A stretch of DNA of 63,925 nucleotides, filler included, from Octopus bimaculoides (GCF_001194135.2; 6 parts of 6 records of this genome joined end to end with filler, not necessarily neighbours in it); one strand, 5' to 3'; positions 26,225 to 38,031 are shown, counted from the whole stretch's first letter. Made by a program: numbers and translations. Notes: generated by a model from the sequence alone, not told the origin.

Positions 26225-26814
26225 CTGATGGACGAACAGGACGAATACATAGCATAACATACTATAACAAAACGTCTCCACGGTGAAAGACAATGAAAAC
26301 AGGTGATATAAGAAAGACAAGAAGATAATCAGATTGATACTAATGAGACATACACCTAGAGAGACATACACCTAGAGAGAAATACATGTAGAGACAAGTA
26401 GATAAGCATTGTAGGCAGATAAATAGCCAAGTTGACACATATACAGAGAGACAAGCATACAGGCATGAACATAACAGACAGACACATGCAGATTGATAGA
26501 TAGATTAGTATTTTTCATTTATTTTTAAGAATGTACATTAGATTTGTTTCATATGATGGAAATTAGCATATGATATAAATTTAAGTACCGTTAGTTCCAT
26601 AGATTTGTATTAGATCTATATATGAAAGCTTTTACAAATTTATGAGCTCGTTTCATTCTGGATGTTGGCAATAAATACATATTTAGATTGGACGATAAAG
26701 TTGTTAGAAAAACCCATTTATCATGCACTAAAAAATGACATACAAGCAAAACACATTACAAATCAGATATTCTGAAATTACCCCGAGAGTAATTTAAAAT
26801 TTCTGCACAATTTC

Positions 26815-27110
26815 AGCTTTCTCTAAGCCTTTTCTGGACATTTTGAAACTTCTCACCATCATAAAAATAACTTGATATTGTTTGCTGTTCTTTTATGTTG
26901 GTGACAAAAGATGTTCAGAAGGGATTTGGGACAGCTTAAATGTTCATAAGAGGTTTACAGGAACTAAAATGTTCAGAAAGTGCTTAGAGAAGCTAAAATG
27001 TTCAGAAAAGACTTGGGAAAGCTAAAGTATTCAGAAAGGGCCTCGCGAGAGATTAAAATGTCCAGAGCAGGCTTGGGGGAGCTAAAATATTTAGAAGAGG
27101 CTTACAGGAA
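26815..27110. repeat. 29-bp tandem array (7 units) with one inverted unit upstream
   Basis: atgttcag-like motif at 26911, 26940, 26969, 26998, 27027, 27058, 27087; inverted unit at 26815-26844. Confidence 0.8.
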
Positions 27111-27679
27111 AGGGCAGACGAAATACTGTTAAGCATTTCGCCCGGCGTGGTAACGAGTCTGCCAGCTCGCCGACTCGACAGACATAATGACTGTGCTTAT
27201 AGGGATGATCTGTAGCTGAACACAACAGCACCAGCGACAACAACATTTAAAATAATTTCTCATGAAATCATACCAAAATTTTTTCTCACCAAAACGGGTG
27301 GCGCCATACACCTTAATAAAACAACGCAAGAAACTGTCAACATATATTCAGTGGATTCAAAACAGTTAATTTCTCACACCGGCCTCGTGAGAAATTGCAA
27401 CTCTTTTCCTTCTTCACACATGATCTTCTTTATCCATGACCTGATGGACGACCAGTTCCACTACAGAGAGCTTGCCAATCCCTCAGTTTCAAATTAGGTA
27501 CTTAAAGCTGACTTTTTTCTACTCTTTAATTAGCTTCACACAACGATATTTGTGGGGAATTCCAGTAAATATCAAACAAGAAAATTATATAAGACAAAAA
27601 TATAGACTTAATCTCCATCGTAGCCTCTCACACGATAGAATGTCGACAAAAACATGCTCATGCGTGACTGTGTGATAAG

Positions 27680-28275
27680 AACTTTGCTTACCAGTCACTT
27701 AGTTCCGGGTTCAGTCCCACTGCCTGACATCTTGTGCAAGTGTTTTCTACTATAGCCCCGGGCCGACCAAAGCCTTATGAGTGGGTTTACTAGACGGACA
27801 CTGAAAAAACCCTAGTAACCACACAAGTGCTTTTCTCTGACTATTCTTTCCTTTTACTTCGGACCTTTCCTCTCTCCTCTTTCTGACGACGAGCCATGCT
27901 CGAAACGTTATACACCCCCCTCCTTTTTTTTCTATCTTAAAGTGAGCATTAACCTAATACATTCACTGTGCTGGTTTGTTTTTATTTTTATTTTCGATTG
28001 CCTATATATGCACATACATGCATACATATATATATATACATACATACATACATATACGTATGTATGTATATATGTATGTATGTATGCATGTATGTATGTA
28101 TACGTATGCGTGTGTGTGTATATATATATATGTTTATGTATTTCTTTATGTATATAAGTGAGTGTATGTGTCTTTGTTTTCGTCCCCCAACGCCGCTTGT
28201 CAACCGGTGCTGGTTTGTTTACGTCACCGTAATCTAGGGGTTTCGCAAATGAGAGCGATAGAATATGTACCAGAT
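27680..28275 (+). mobile_element. CORE-like SINE interrupted by a hammerhead-bearing fragment and microsatellites
   Basis: Head/core 27680-27815, tail 28165-28275. Confidence 0.65.
27879..27913 (+). ncRNA. Minimal hammerhead motif with canonical CUGACGA core; stem I disrupted
   Basis: CTTT-CTGACGA-C-GAGC-CAT-GCTC-GAAACGTT-ATAC. Confidence 0.6.
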
Positions 28276-28579
28276 AAAAAATACTGTTTCACATTTTGAT
28301 ATGTCGTCTTCATATTCGCCATTAACTTCAACAAAGATGTAAACCACAAAAAAAAAAATAATAATAAAAAACATGCAGTATAATAACACCTGGACGTTCT
28401 CTTGGCCCTCTTCACTTTATTCACCTGTAGAATAGCTTGTATTAGAACCAAGAACGATACCAACACTAAACCCCAGGTACATGATACAAATAAACACAAG
28501 ACAATACAATCAACAAAACTCTCATGACACATGGGTACTTACCAGCTCTCATCTTGACTAGCTTCCGTTATTTTTTTCG

Positions 28580-28622
<43 letters not shown>

Positions 28623-29184
28623 CAGTAGTAGTAGTGGTAGTGGTGGTGGTGGTGTCACTTGTCTAGGCCCGAAACTGTTTTCGTAGGCGGTAAATGGATA
28701 GCGGATAGAAGTGATCCCAGTTCATCTCTGGTTGCTCACGTTAACACCCTCTTGTTATTGGTAATAGTCAACAGGGTTCAGTATACGAGTCCGCGTATAG
28801 GGGAGCCACTTTACATGTAACGAGAAGCAACCAGAGTCAGGTTGTCCGGTTTGTTTCTGGTTCCGGTATAAAAAGTCGTTTATGTCATCGGAGAAAATCC
28901 ACTGCGTTTGTTGGTTCAGACGACCTCTAATGTTTGTCTATTTTGTCTGTCTCTAAAACCGCGTGCGTGCGTGCGTTCGTGGGTGCATGTATGTGTATGT
29001 GCGTGTGTACCTGCTTCACCGCCTTCGTCTCTTTCTCCCACTTTCTTTCTCTTTCTAAAATTTCTCCCTCCTCCCTCCTTTCCTTCTTTCTCTGACTTTT
29101 AATTTGCTTTTCCTCTTCCCCCCTTATTTCAATATTCTTTCACTACCTTGTCTATATCTATCTATCTGTCTATCTATCTATCTG

Positions 29185-29233
<49 letters not shown>

Positions 29234-29452
29234 TGATAGATAAGCAGTACCTTTATACCATTCTATTTATCTATATCTCTCCATATGTCTGTCTATCTAA
29301 TCTATTCATTAAGTTCTCTTTCTCCCAATCTACCAAGGTATTTACCCCCTCTCTCTTTCTCTTTTACAAATTCTCTATCTCCTTTACAAACTCGCTCTCC
29401 CTTTCTTGTTCTCTCTCTCTCTCTCTTACAAAATCACTTCCTTTCACAAATT

Positions 29453-29511
<59 letters not shown>

Positions 29512-30300
29512 AATCACTCCCTTTCACAAATTCATTCTCTCTTTCTCTCTCTATCTCCCTCTCAAACACACTCTCCCTCTACCCACTTCCTATCATTCTC
29601 TAACTTCCTGATTATCGTCTGTTTCTCTCCAAGTCACCAACAATACATAAATCATTACAACCAACACCAGTAGTTCCACCACCTTCGCTACCTTAACTCA
29701 CTCTGAGTACTGATTTTCTCAAGTTGTTCTCATGCCCTCTATCGAAGTTCACTTCCCTTCCTACTCTACATTCCTTCTTTCCTTCCGCTATTTTCTTTTT
29801 CTTTCTTTTTTCTTACTGTCGTTTTCTCTCATTTTCTTTCTTTTCCTCATTCCTTTCTTACTTGTTTCTCATTTTCTCCTTTTCCTTTTCTCTTTCTCCC
29901 ACCTCCTCTTTCATTCATGCCTCTCTTTTCTTCCTTCAAAGTTTAAGGCCCATACATTTCACAGGAACCGATACATTTCATATATTTCTCGCAAGACCTC
30001 GCCTTCAATCACCAATAAGCTGTCACTAGCACCACAAACTACAGCAGCAGCTACTACGACCAGCATCAACACTATACTCTATCTAACACATTCCATTGAC
30101 CACCTCTATCCATACAACCACAATTGGATTAGATATAGGATGAATCCTCTCTTCGACTTCTACCTGCGCCCCATTATCTAATACGTATGGTTATGGTGAA
30201 GTACTAACTAAATCAACTTGATATTTACAAATTAAACCTCAATTTTAAACACACGCTCTCCACCCCTCTGTCTCTTACACATACACATAGTTGTCTAAAG

Positions 30301-30673
30301 TGGAGGCGCAATGGCCCAGTGGTTAGGGCAGCGGACTCGCGGTTTCGATTCCTAGACCGGGCGTTGTGAGTGTTTATTGAGCGAAAACACCTAAAGCTCC
30401 ACGAGGCTCCGGCAGGGTATGGTGGCGAACCCTGCTGTACTCTTTCACCACAACTTTCTCTCACTCTTTCTTCCTGTTTCTGTTGTGCCTGTATTTCAAA
30501 GTGCCAGCTTTGTCACGCTGTGTCACGCTGAATATCCCCGAGAACTACGATAAGGGTAAACGTGTCTGTGGAATGCTCAACCACTTGCACGTTAATTTCA
30601 GGAGCAAGCTGTTCCGTTGATCGGATCAACTGGAACCCTCGACGTCGTAAGCGACGGAGTGCCAACAACAACA
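30301..30673 (+). mobile_element. Nin-domain-like tRNA SINE, near full length
   Basis: ggcgcaatggcccagtggttagggc A box, ggtttcgattcc B box, (aac)n tail. Confidence 0.85.
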
Positions 30674-30814
30674 GTTGTCTAGAAATAAACCATACTATAC
30701 TATTCAACCATTTCAAATGATTGCTGGCTTTCGATTTCTACCTCTGGCACGAAACCATTTAGTAATTTGGTTATCATGAGAATATATTAATAATACCTAA
30801 TAGTAATCTTTTCT

Positions 30815-31152
30815 TTTCTACTACAATAGGCACAATGCTTGAAATTTTAGAGGAGAGGGATTTGTCGATTAACTCGACACCAGTACTTAACTGATATATA
30901 TCTTATCGACCCCGAAAGAAAGAAAGAAAAAAGAAAGAAAGGCAAAGTCCACCTCGGCGGATTTTGAACTTAGAACATAAAACCGGAAGATATGCTTTAT
31001 AACGTAATGACGAACGAAATGCCGGAAAGCATTTTGCCCGGTTTACTAACGATTCTGCCAAATAATCCTTTCTACAATAGGCACAAGGCCTGAAATTTTG
31101 GGGGAGGGGAATAGTCGGTTACATCGACCTCAGTGTTTAACTGGTATTTAAT

Positions 31153-31216
<64 letters not shown>

Positions 31217-31430
31217 CGATAAGCTGAGCTGGCAGACTCGTTAGCACGCCGGGCAAAATGCCCTGCGGTATTTCGTCCGTCTTTTCGTTCTAAGTTTAAA
31301 TTCCGCCGAAATCGACTTTGCATTTCATCCTTCCGTGGTCGATAAAACAAGTACTAGTTGAGCACTGGGGTCGATGTAATCGACTTACACCCTTCCTCGA
31401 AACTGCTGGCCTTGTGCCAAAATTTGAAAT
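30815..31430. mobile_element. Cluster of MetaSINE-like elements (two minus, one plus) around (AAT)n
   Basis: Family matches. Confidence 0.7.
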
Positions 31431-31871
31431 CAATGTAAATTGAGAATCTAGAAAACCTTGAAGCCTGCCTTATCAGCTTAATAAACATTTGAAGGTAACA
31501 AGGTGACACCGCACCAACACCCTCCCACAACTCTTTAACGGTCAAATCAACATTTTCAAACAATATTCCTATAATCGCTAGTATAATAATATACGAAAAC
31601 GATAGCATCAAACACCGTAAGAGAACGTCACTAAAACCTACTCATCCTCTACAACGTAAAACACACAACAGCAAAATCCTAGTTTCCCAGCTAAAAATAA
31701 ATAGTACACCACTTGGAATGTACGTTCCATAGTACTCCTAAGAGCGCAAATAAGAACAATTTTCTGTCCACTCACAATTGGACAGAACAGCTAGATTGTA
31801 TAGAATGTCGCCTCTCCAAGGACGTAATGCATAAAGCATGTTGATATTGAAATATATTATACTGGATTGTG

Positions 31872-32256
31872 GGGGCGCAATGACCCAGTGGTTAGGGCAG
31901 CGGACTCGCGGTCATAAGATTGCGGTTTCGATTCCCAGATCGGGCGTTGTGAGTGTTTATTGAGCGAAAACACCTAAAGCTCCACGAGGCTCCGGCAGGG
32001 GATGGTGGTGAACCCTGCTGTACTCTTTCACCACAGCTTTCTCTCACTGTTACTTCCTGTTTTTGTTGTGCCTGTAATTCAAAGGGTCAGCCTTGTCACT
32101 GTGTCACGCTGAATATCCCCGAGAACTACGTTAAGGGTACACGTGTCTGTGGAGTGCTCAGCCACTTGCACGTTAGTTTCATGAGAAGGTTGTTCCGTTG
32201 ATCGGATCAACTGGAACCCTCGGCGTCGTAAGCGACGGAGTGCCAACAACAACAAC
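31872..32256 (+). mobile_element. Nin-domain-like tRNA SINE, full length
   Basis: As for 30301. Confidence 0.85.
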
Positions 32257-32740
32257 ATATACTGGATTAAAAAACACTTTTAAAATCAGATACATCTTGC
32301 ACAAACACTCATTTACATCCAAAGACAATTAATTCGAGTAATCTCAATATGTTTGAAAGTTGAGAGACAACAGATTCGAAATTGTTTCTCGAACCTAAAG
32401 CATTATGCATGGAGGAACACTGTACACCATCGGAGAAAAATGTTGCATATTATTGCCATCCGGAAAGTTCCATATCTGACACTCAAATCCTTAAATAAAA
32501 TGATCTGAACTTTATTTCTCAGTCAAAATTCATTAGATAGGCTCCTCGAAATAGTTAATACTTTATAACATTAGTTTTCTCCACCATAGGAAACAGAGCA
32601 CAGGGATACTCGCAGCGAAGAGTACTCTCGCTAGAGTACGCTCTATTGACCACTGGCCACTGAAGGAAATCTATCTAACAATTATTTCTTTTAACCTGCA
32701 CCAAGTACTCCTTGTTGTTATTTATGTTACCAGAACTTAC

Positions 32741-32755
32741 GCACTTAGGGATAAA
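32741..32755 (-). CDS. Candidate 15-nt microexon (FIPKC if phase 0)
   Basis: ttcattgttttatgcttctag|TTTATCCCTAAGTGC|gtaagt, consensus splice sites on both sides. Confidence 0.25.
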
Positions 32756-32899
32756 CTAGAAGCATAAAACAATGAATTGTAAGTTGCTTCCGAATATATG
32801 CGTTGAGTACTCTTTCTCACATGTGTGTGTGTGTGTGTATGTGTGTGTGTATACGTGCGTATGTATGTGTGAGTGTGTGTGTGTGTGTGAGTGAGTGTG

Positions 32900-32941
<42 letters not shown>

Positions 32942-33446
32942 CGTAACACACAGGCACCTGCGCACATAAATACAATTTCTATAACTTTCAAAATAAGTCA
33001 AAACATTAATAGCTATTTTATTGAAAAGATGCTCTCATTGTGAGAAAAAATTTACAGATTTTTTTTTCAGTTTTATTGAACGAAACGATTTTGAGATGTG
33101 AATTTTATTCGTGTTTTATTTTTTCCTTCAGATCGTGGGAATGTCATATTTTTACAAGAATACTATAGCAGGAAAAATGACCTTGGTAACAAATTGGCTG
33201 TAAAACAGCTTTATTACTATCACACTGCACCTCACAAAATATGTCTCTAGTGTCACATGGAGGCTTACACAATCTGAAGACAACATGAACAGGCTATCAC
33301 ACTACACATTACACAGACACAACCAAACTTCCAGACAACATTCCGCACGATGTTCTCAAAACATTACATTAACAACAGTACACGACACACGCGTTCTATC
33401 ACACCGAAACAAAATATATTCATACTGCCATTATATGCCCTCCACC

Positions 33447-33775
33447 AGTGGTTCTCAACCGAGGTCCATATGATCCCTGGGGGTTCATACAAGATTTTTA
33501 GGGATCCACGCGAGCAAAATAATAAATTGGGGACTCAGAGTAGTATATTAAGGGTCCACGAAAAACAATTTGCTTTCGATGTACTTATTGCAAGAAACAG
33601 CAAGATTTCTTTAACGTTTTACAACCCACACAACCTACCCAAGTTAATGTATAAAAAGCAAAATAGGAATTTTGAAAGAAATATCTATTAAACTAGTTTT
33701 TAGACATCGAATGGCTATGGAGGTCCACCAGAGTAAAATAACAATCAGAAGGATTCATAGGTAAAAAAAAAATGG
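33447..33775. mobile_element. hAT-like MITE
   Basis: Starts cagtggttctcaacc; related to 3921-4172; right end degenerate. Confidence 0.65.
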
Positions 33776-33988
33776 CTCTATACAATATACCCAGTGTGAT
33801 GTAGTTCAGTCTGGATTCCATCGTTCCAGCATTCAAGCTTAAATGAGTTTGTATTGGTACACTAATAGTGAGATCCCAAAACCCAGTTCTGTGAAGTAGT
33901 GACGTAGATTACGTAAAACGTCTATGCCTGCCCTCAACTGTATATGCTAACTACAGACCTTCGTTTAAGTATGAGAGTATGAACTTAC

Positions 33989-34154
33989 CTAAATTGTTGT
34001 AATCTTCAGTATCCTCCGGATCTGGCACATCTGAGAGAAAGTAATATGAAGGTATTTCCTGGATAGGATTGCTAACATGTAATATCTCTGCATCTGTGGG
34101 TATATTCGAAACGTCAGTATCCAACACTGGAGATATTTGGTCGAAATGAGGCTG
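33989..34154 (-). CDS. Candidate internal exon, acidic Pro-rich (QPHFDQISPVLDTDVSNIPTDAEILHVSNPIQEIPSYYFLSDVPDPEDTEDYNNL), unknown product
   Basis: T-rich ...acatttccatag|CAG NAGNAG acceptor, TTAG|gtaagt donor, 166 nt fully open (phase 0 to 1), non-repetitive. Confidence 0.55.
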
Positions 34155-34485
34155 CTATGGAAATGTAAAAAAAAAAAACATACATTATGTGTGTGCGTGT
34201 ATGTTTGTACGTCTATATGTATGCATATTACATATTATATACACATACATAAGTCTAATAAGAATGGCAAAAATTGCGAGAACGAGAGTGGAAAAGAATG
34301 TATTGTAAAATTTACCGTACCATATTTCATTATGAAAATTTTACAGATAATTATTCCGAGTATTATGTGTGTGCGTATATATATAGGTGTGTGTGTGTGT
34401 GTGTGTGTGTGTATGTAATTTTTGGGGACTAATGGGTATATATCAATTAGTGTATTGAGTAAAGCACGCTCACAGTTTGGGCTAC

Positions 34486-34558
34486 CTGGTTTCATCCACG
34501 ATTGGGCTATTTTTCCCCATAACGGACAGTTGCAGGATGGGTCGAAAAGTTCGTCGTA
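34486..34558 (-). CDS. Candidate exon (YDELFDPSCNCPLWGKIAQSWMKP or VRRTFRPILQLSVMGKNSPIVDET)
   Basis: ctagtcttttttcag| acceptor, CAG|gtagcc donor, 73 nt, two frames open; phase does not directly match 34154. Confidence 0.35.
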
Positions 34559-34846
34559 CTGAAAAAAGACTAGTGCTAAATCTACTTTCCGTTTCCTTCA
34601 TCAATTATATATATATATATATATATATATATGCATACACTCAGCTAATAAGCATGAAGTCTTTTACCGACATGCTGCAAAGTTCCGATCTACAAGACCT
34701 GCTCTTTCTGTGACTTTTATACAGTAACGGCAGTCATTTCGGTGATGGCTGCCATCGTGCAATCTCCCTATCAGACTCTCTCGTCTCACTCGGGTCTCCA
34801 ATTCTCGTTACTCATATTGTATTTTACATGCAAGACCCAAACTAAC

Positions 34847-35032
34847 CCCTAAGCTCCAGAATTTCCTCTTCCAGAACGTCGTATCCTTGTACTTCCGTCT
34901 CTACTCATGTATTTTAGGTTGTTTTTTTCTTGCATCCGCAGTTTATAACTATCCAAGGGGAATATCAATTGCGCCGACCTCATTGTTCTGGAAGAGCCTC
35001 CGACGGTAACGGATACACCTCCTCCCTCGAGA
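34847..35032 (-). other. Candidate exon, frame unresolved (possibly partly UTR)
   Basis: Strong tttttactttttcttcag| acceptor, GGG|gttagt donor, 186 nt; longest frame has a TAG 2 nt before the donor. Confidence 0.3.
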
Positions 35033-35418
35033 CTGAAGAAAAAGTAAAAATAAATAAACAATAATAAAAACACACACACCACACTCACCATATACATAAA
35101 AGCAAAGGTGAATTATTTGTTAAAGACTAGGGTTAATTGTCGTCAAGTATTTATCCTGCGAATACCTCTAATGTTACGTATTTTCGTTACCTTTCACATG
35201 ATAAATACAGCGATATAGAAAGGCAGCAGATAACGTTTCAGTGACACAAAGATACAAAAAAATCCCACCAAAATCTAATGCATTACCTGATGATTATATC
35301 TATAAATGTGTGTGTGTGCGTATGTGTGTGTGTGCGTGTGTATGTGTACAGATCTATCTATCTGTCTATCTGTCTATCTATCTATTTGTCTGTCTGCCTG
35401 TCTGTCTATCAGTGTGTC

Positions 35419-35450
<32 letters not shown>

Positions 35451-35669
35451 TGTATGTATGTATGTATGCATGTGTACATCCATATTCATAACATTTCATT
35501 ATGTCAAGATAAAATTACGATAACGTATAATATATATATAACTATGATTAAGCAGGTGATACTGAGATATAGATTCGCAGTTTAACAGGTATATTTGTGA
35601 TTATTTTTTTGTTTTGATGTAGCTAAGAAAGATACGCGCGCGCGCGCACACTCTCTCTCTCTCTGTCTG

Positions 35670-35712
<43 letters not shown>

Positions 35713-35807
35713 TACACTAGCACAGTTTCTCTTCCGTTGAAAGACGGTGAGTGATGCGTAAGAGTTAAATTTTTTAAATTTCATCGACCTTTTCAGTTTG
35801 GCTACCA

Positions 35808-36562
35808 TTTTCGAAAATTCAAAGTTTATTGAAAATTTTAAAATTTGGTACATTAATGTAGTTTCCCAAGTTGAATCTCTGGAGATGTTTCACTTTTTTC
35901 CAGAATTTTTTTTAAAAAAGAGTTATAAAGGTTTAAAGTTTGACAATTTTCACCCAGTCGGAAAACAGGATTTGGAAGCTGTCATTTTATGCGTAAAGTG
36001 TTTTATAATGAAATTGTAAATAAACCAGCTTCTGCTTTACGCACGACATATAACACTTATTAACTTTTTTTATAACACGAGAACTCATTTATGTGCGAGA
36101 AAACACGTGTTGACAAATATTTTCCACTCATTGAGGTGGTTGTCAGATGTGCTAAAAACAGCAGCCTAATAGACCTTAAATCATGCATCAAAATTTTTTT
36201 GTTTCATTTTTGGACAATTGCATGAATTCCCATGTGTACAATACATATTCGCAAAATTTTTCTGAAAATACCAAAAGATTTAGAAGCTATGAGGGCTTAT
36301 ATGGCGTGCGTAGAGCAGAATTTTCTAATTTAATTTTCTAATCTAATTGATTAGATGACAGTTGACAATACGTGCTGTCACGCACAAAAAGACAGCTTCC
36401 ACATCTTGTTTCCTGACTGGGTATGATTGATCAAACTTTAAACCACTATAACTTTTCTAAAACATTTTTCTGAAAAAATTGAAATAACTCCAACAATTCA
36501 GCTTGGAAAAGTATAATATTGTGCCAAATTTTAAAATTTTCGATCAGCTTTAATTTTTGAAA
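35808..36562. mobile_element. Foldback/MITE with ~250-bp imperfect terminal inverted repeats
   Basis: gaaaattttaaaatttggtaca...gaagctgtc...ttctgctttacgcacgacatataa mirrored by ttatatggcgtgcgtagagcagaa...gacagcttc...tgtgccaaattttaaaattttc. Confidence 0.8.
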
Positions 36563-36654
36563 CTAGATCCCAATAAATTTTTGGGATCTAGTCGGTTTGG
36601 CAGCCAGCATCAATTCTGTTCGAATTAATTTTATATTCAGTGTAATGATACACT

Positions 36655-36845
36655 TTTATTGGCTAATGAATGACGTGCAAAGCATTTTCGCTATAAATCA
36701 ATAAGTAAAGAGCAACTAGCAATTAAAGTTTGAAAATGTTGATAATTAATCTTAGCCAATCGTCAGCCACAGGCACATTCATGCGTATTTCCTTAGTAAC
36801 AAGCGGAACAAGAGAACTCTTTTTGCGAGAAAGCACGTGTTGACA
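36655..36845. promoter_or_regulatory. Candidate promoter/enhancer motif cluster
   Basis: ATTGG 36658, TGACGT 36671, CCAAT 36756, RFX X-box-like atttccttagtaac 36787-36800, CACGTG 36834. Confidence 0.3.
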
Positions 36846-37082
36846 AATATATTGAAACCACTTGTTTTACCTATCTGTTGACAACTGAGCATCTAAATTT
36901 ATGTAGCACAGGGGATATGAAAACTGTGATTTGTACCTTTCGTTTTCAATGAACTGGTCAACAAAATGTCTTTCTAAAATATTTAATTTGTAATGCGCTG
37001 TTTTGTTTTTAGATGAATCTTTTTAAGTTCGAACTATTGCATTAAATGCAGATTGAATGCTTAAAATTACAAGAGACGTGTT

Positions 37083-37297
37083 ACTCTTTTACTCCTTTAC
37101 TCTTTTACTGGTTTCAGTCATTTGACTGCGGCCATGCTGGAGCACCGCCTTTAGTCGAGCAAATCGACCCCAGGACTTATTCTTTGTAAGCCTAGTACTT
37201 ATTCTATCGGTCTCTTTTGCCGAACAGCTATGTTACGGGGACGCAAACACACTACCATCAGTTGTCAAGCGATGTTGGGGAGACAAACACAGACACA

Positions 37298-37333
<36 letters not shown>

Positions 37334-37433
37334 NNNNNNNNNNNNNNNNNNNNNNNNNNNNNNNNNNNNNNNNNNNNTTAATTAATTAANNNNNNNNNNN
37401 NNNNNNNNNNNNNNNNNNNNNNNNNNNNNNNNN

Positions 37434-37468
<35 letters not shown>

Positions 37469-37630
37469 CGACGGGCTTCTTTTATTTTCCGTCTACCAAA
37501 TCCACTCACAAGGCTTTGTTTGATCTGAGGCTATAGTAGAAGACACTTGCTCAAGTTGCCACGCAGTGGGACTGAACCCGGAACCATGTGGTTGGTATGA
37601 AAGCTACTTACCACACAGTCACGCCTGTGT
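37083..37630 (-). mobile_element. CORE-like tRNA SINE spanning a gap
   Basis: Reverse complement of the 1344-1753 family. Confidence 0.8.
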
Positions 37631-37944
37631 AAGTTTTGTCTATATTACACATACATCTTACGTATAGACATACATACATACATACATACATACATACATA
37701 CATACATACATACATACATACATACATTTACACACATACTAAAGATCTGGTTTCTATTTCTAGCAGATGAAGTAGTCTGCAAAGAGGACTCCCTTGTTGG
37801 ATCGTGTTTGTGTGAGTGTCTGCATGTGTTTTGTTTGCGTGTGTGTTGTGTAAACTTTCCGTGTGTGAAAGGTGGGGTGGAGGGCACAGGGGTGAGATAT
37901 AAAGTAAAAGTGACAAACATACAGACGTAATTAAATAACGTTTA

Positions 37945-38031
37945 ATCACGTGACTCCATACTGGCGCCAATTTCCACCGCCGCCATTTTCCACTACGACG
38001 GTAAACATGGTTCATAGAGGAGAGTGATTGG
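37945..38031 (-). promoter_or_regulatory. Candidate housekeeping-type promoter
   Basis: TCACGTGAC E-box 37946-37954, YY1-like CCGCCATTTT (minus AAAATGGCGGCG) ~37980-37989, ATTGG 38027. Confidence 0.35.

Noticed and set aside
28224-28532. Hydrophobic ORF MCHESFVDCIVLCLF...
   Set aside because: Starts just inside a predicted intron, T-rich composition explains the hydrophobicity, no recognisable family.
30301-30375. tRNA-like sequences with A and B boxes
   Set aside because: SINE heads continuing into SINE bodies; no complete cloverleaf evident.
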